NCBI GenBank assembly: GCA_965649765.1
Contig: OZ287756.1
Coordinates: 36,270,001 to 36,334,000, forward strand
DNA length: 64,000 bases
Direction of reading: 5' to 3'
From: Bispira polyomma
Lineage: Eukaryota
This document shows, piece by piece, positions 62,180 to 64,000 of this stretch. Each line of letters starts with the position of its first letter. Positions within the stretch are counted from its first letter, which is position 1. The position numbers and the translations under genes were made by a program. Under the pieces are notes generated by a model. That model worked only from the letters and a program-made list of their open reading frames with translations, did no database searches and was not told the origin of the DNA.

Positions 62180-64000
62180 ATCGATATATTCCAGCAGAGT
62201 CCACTTTATATCAAAATGTTTGTTTGTTTGATTTTTTTTATCATCTTTAGGGCGCATCAGTTCATGCTGTTAGATTTGCGTATTGGTTTTGCTGTCATCT
62301 CATGAACCCCAACACATAAAGTTGATCATTCCCTAACATTGCACTAACAGTACAAGTTTAGAGTGACACATAAATAAAAAATTATAAGAAACAGTATTTT
62401 CTGTTAAACAAAATGGCACTTTTAGATGGAGATGTAAGCAGTAAAATCTGGTTTGGGTTGACCAGAGGGAATACCTCATGTATGATATGAACTGCTATTG
62501 GGTTTTAGTTTTACAAACAAATTGACAAAAAGCACATTATTTTGTCCCATTGAAATTAGGCAAGTAGTCTCAGTAGTCTGATTGTGTGTCACTAAGGGAT
62601 TAATTTACTGTTAGAATATACATCCTGATTTGAAACAGTGTCTATTGCAATACTATCAGTGATTCCAGCTTAATTTAGCCGGCAGTTAATACAATTCTAT
62701 CTGTATTTATGCTGTAACAAACACTTAAGTCAGATGGATACCCATTGAACTTATCTGAAAGGGTAAAAATACCTTGCCCAAGAGGCCATAAACTCCTTTA
62801 ACTCAATTAGCTTTAACTTTGTTAATGATCATATGAACTACAGACGTTAAGTCACAACAGCTTTATTATATCTCAGGTTGTTAAAATACAATTTTCTTCC
62901 AGGCAAGCATGTAGTATTTCAGTANNNNNNNNNNNNNNNNNNNNNNNNNNNNNNNNNNNNNNNNNNNNNNNNNNNNNNNNNNNNNNNNNNNNNNNNNNNN
63001 NNNNNNNNNNNNNNNNNNNNNNNNNNNNNNNNNNNNNNNNNNNNNNNNNNNNNNNNNNNNNNNNNNNNNNNNNNNNNNNNNNNNNNNNNNNNNNNNNNNN
63101 NNNNNNNNNNGTGTCTCCCTTTAGGGATGATGTACCCAAGATTACGTTTTGATGTAGCTGTATAAGTTACATTTATAGTAAGGACACCTAAAATTGTTTT
63201 GCACATGTTTCAGGTACAATAATATGTGCCATACTTCTGTTTTGGGATCAAATATTATCTGCTTTAAAAAGATTTTTACATTCTATCAAAATAAATGCTA
63301 CATTTGTCAACAGTCTTTTGCTTATACAGAAACTGCATAGTTGTTTTTTAATTACTGATGACATGCATTGTGTTAGGGGATGTGATATAACTTCTTATTA
63401 ATTGTCGCCACCACAGATCTAATTCAGAAAAAAACACAAACACAAAAAAACCTTTATTGGAATGTGTCCACAATCAAAGTCCAACAAATAACTGGCTTCA
63501 CTCTACAGTTCTGGTATTAATTCCCCCCACAAGGTGTTTTTAGTCTCCAATATTATCCTTTTGACAAAACACAGAAAAGAGCAGCATTCCAGATTGTCAT
63601 GTTGTTTGTCATTGTGGATTCTCATCACTAATACTAGTTGTTACAGCTTTAGGGGGGCTATTTGTTCTTCTGGTTATTTCCACTTCATCATAATTAGACT
63701 GGTGATTTCAGTCATATTGGCCAGGGGAATTAATCTGTAATAGTGGGACAATTTTATAGATTTAATAAACCTTAGGCATTGATTGAACTGTTTAATAAAC
63801 TGTAGAGTGTTTTTTAAGTTTTCTAAATTAGATAGCATGAACAATACTTAGTATTGAATGGAGTTAATTGTGTGTTAATATATGATTGATTTACATGCCC
63901 AGCTCAGTGTGTAGTCATACAAAAACTGTAAAAATACAATGTACATATTGCTAGATATGTAACAAGGTAATCATTGACAAAAATTAAGCTACAGATGCAA
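62180..64000 (-). pseudogene. Decayed LRR relic R9 (duplicate of the R7 upstream half), spanning the gap
   Basis: 62250-63890 is colinear with 50560-52330 (e.g. aatacctcatgtatgatatgaactgctattggg at both ~50898 and ~62470). Confidence 0.65.
62925..63110. other. Assembly gap (N run)
   Basis: Run of N. Confidence 1.

Noticed and set aside
62873-63206. ORFs spanning the N run
   Set aside because: Artefacts of the assembly gap.

Overview
AT-rich animal genomic DNA, probably an invertebrate and plausibly a mollusc or other lophotrochozoan (inference from TLR style and repeat content). The window is a Toll-like receptor (TLR) cluster undergoing birth-and-death. It holds one intact single-exon TLR (2915-5509, +) in a ~4.07 kb tandem unit with three broken sister copies. 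About nine heavily decayed LRR/LRRCT/TM/TIR relics lie on the minus strand between ~22.5 and 64 kb; they are invisible to the ORF track and one may have twin TIR domains. A spliced minus-strand gene or pseudogene (13952 to ~21900) encodes a type I membrane protein with a Link-module-like ectodomain and an FENQCY (NPxY-like) tail. Two diverged Ngaro-type tyrosine-recombinase retrotransposons (40109-47053; 54954-60243) share several cis-features: an A_AAA_AAC -1 frameshift signal fusing Gag to Pol, a phase-matched intron that would fuse Gag to the recombinase, and a ~300-350 nt multi-hairpin element closed by a GGGCATAAGGTC/GACCTTATGCCC stem. The rest is L2/CR1 and Tx1 LINE fragments, a SINE sharing the L2 tail, MITEs, minisatellites and an assembly gap. 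All analysis was done by eye; relic boundaries are approximate.
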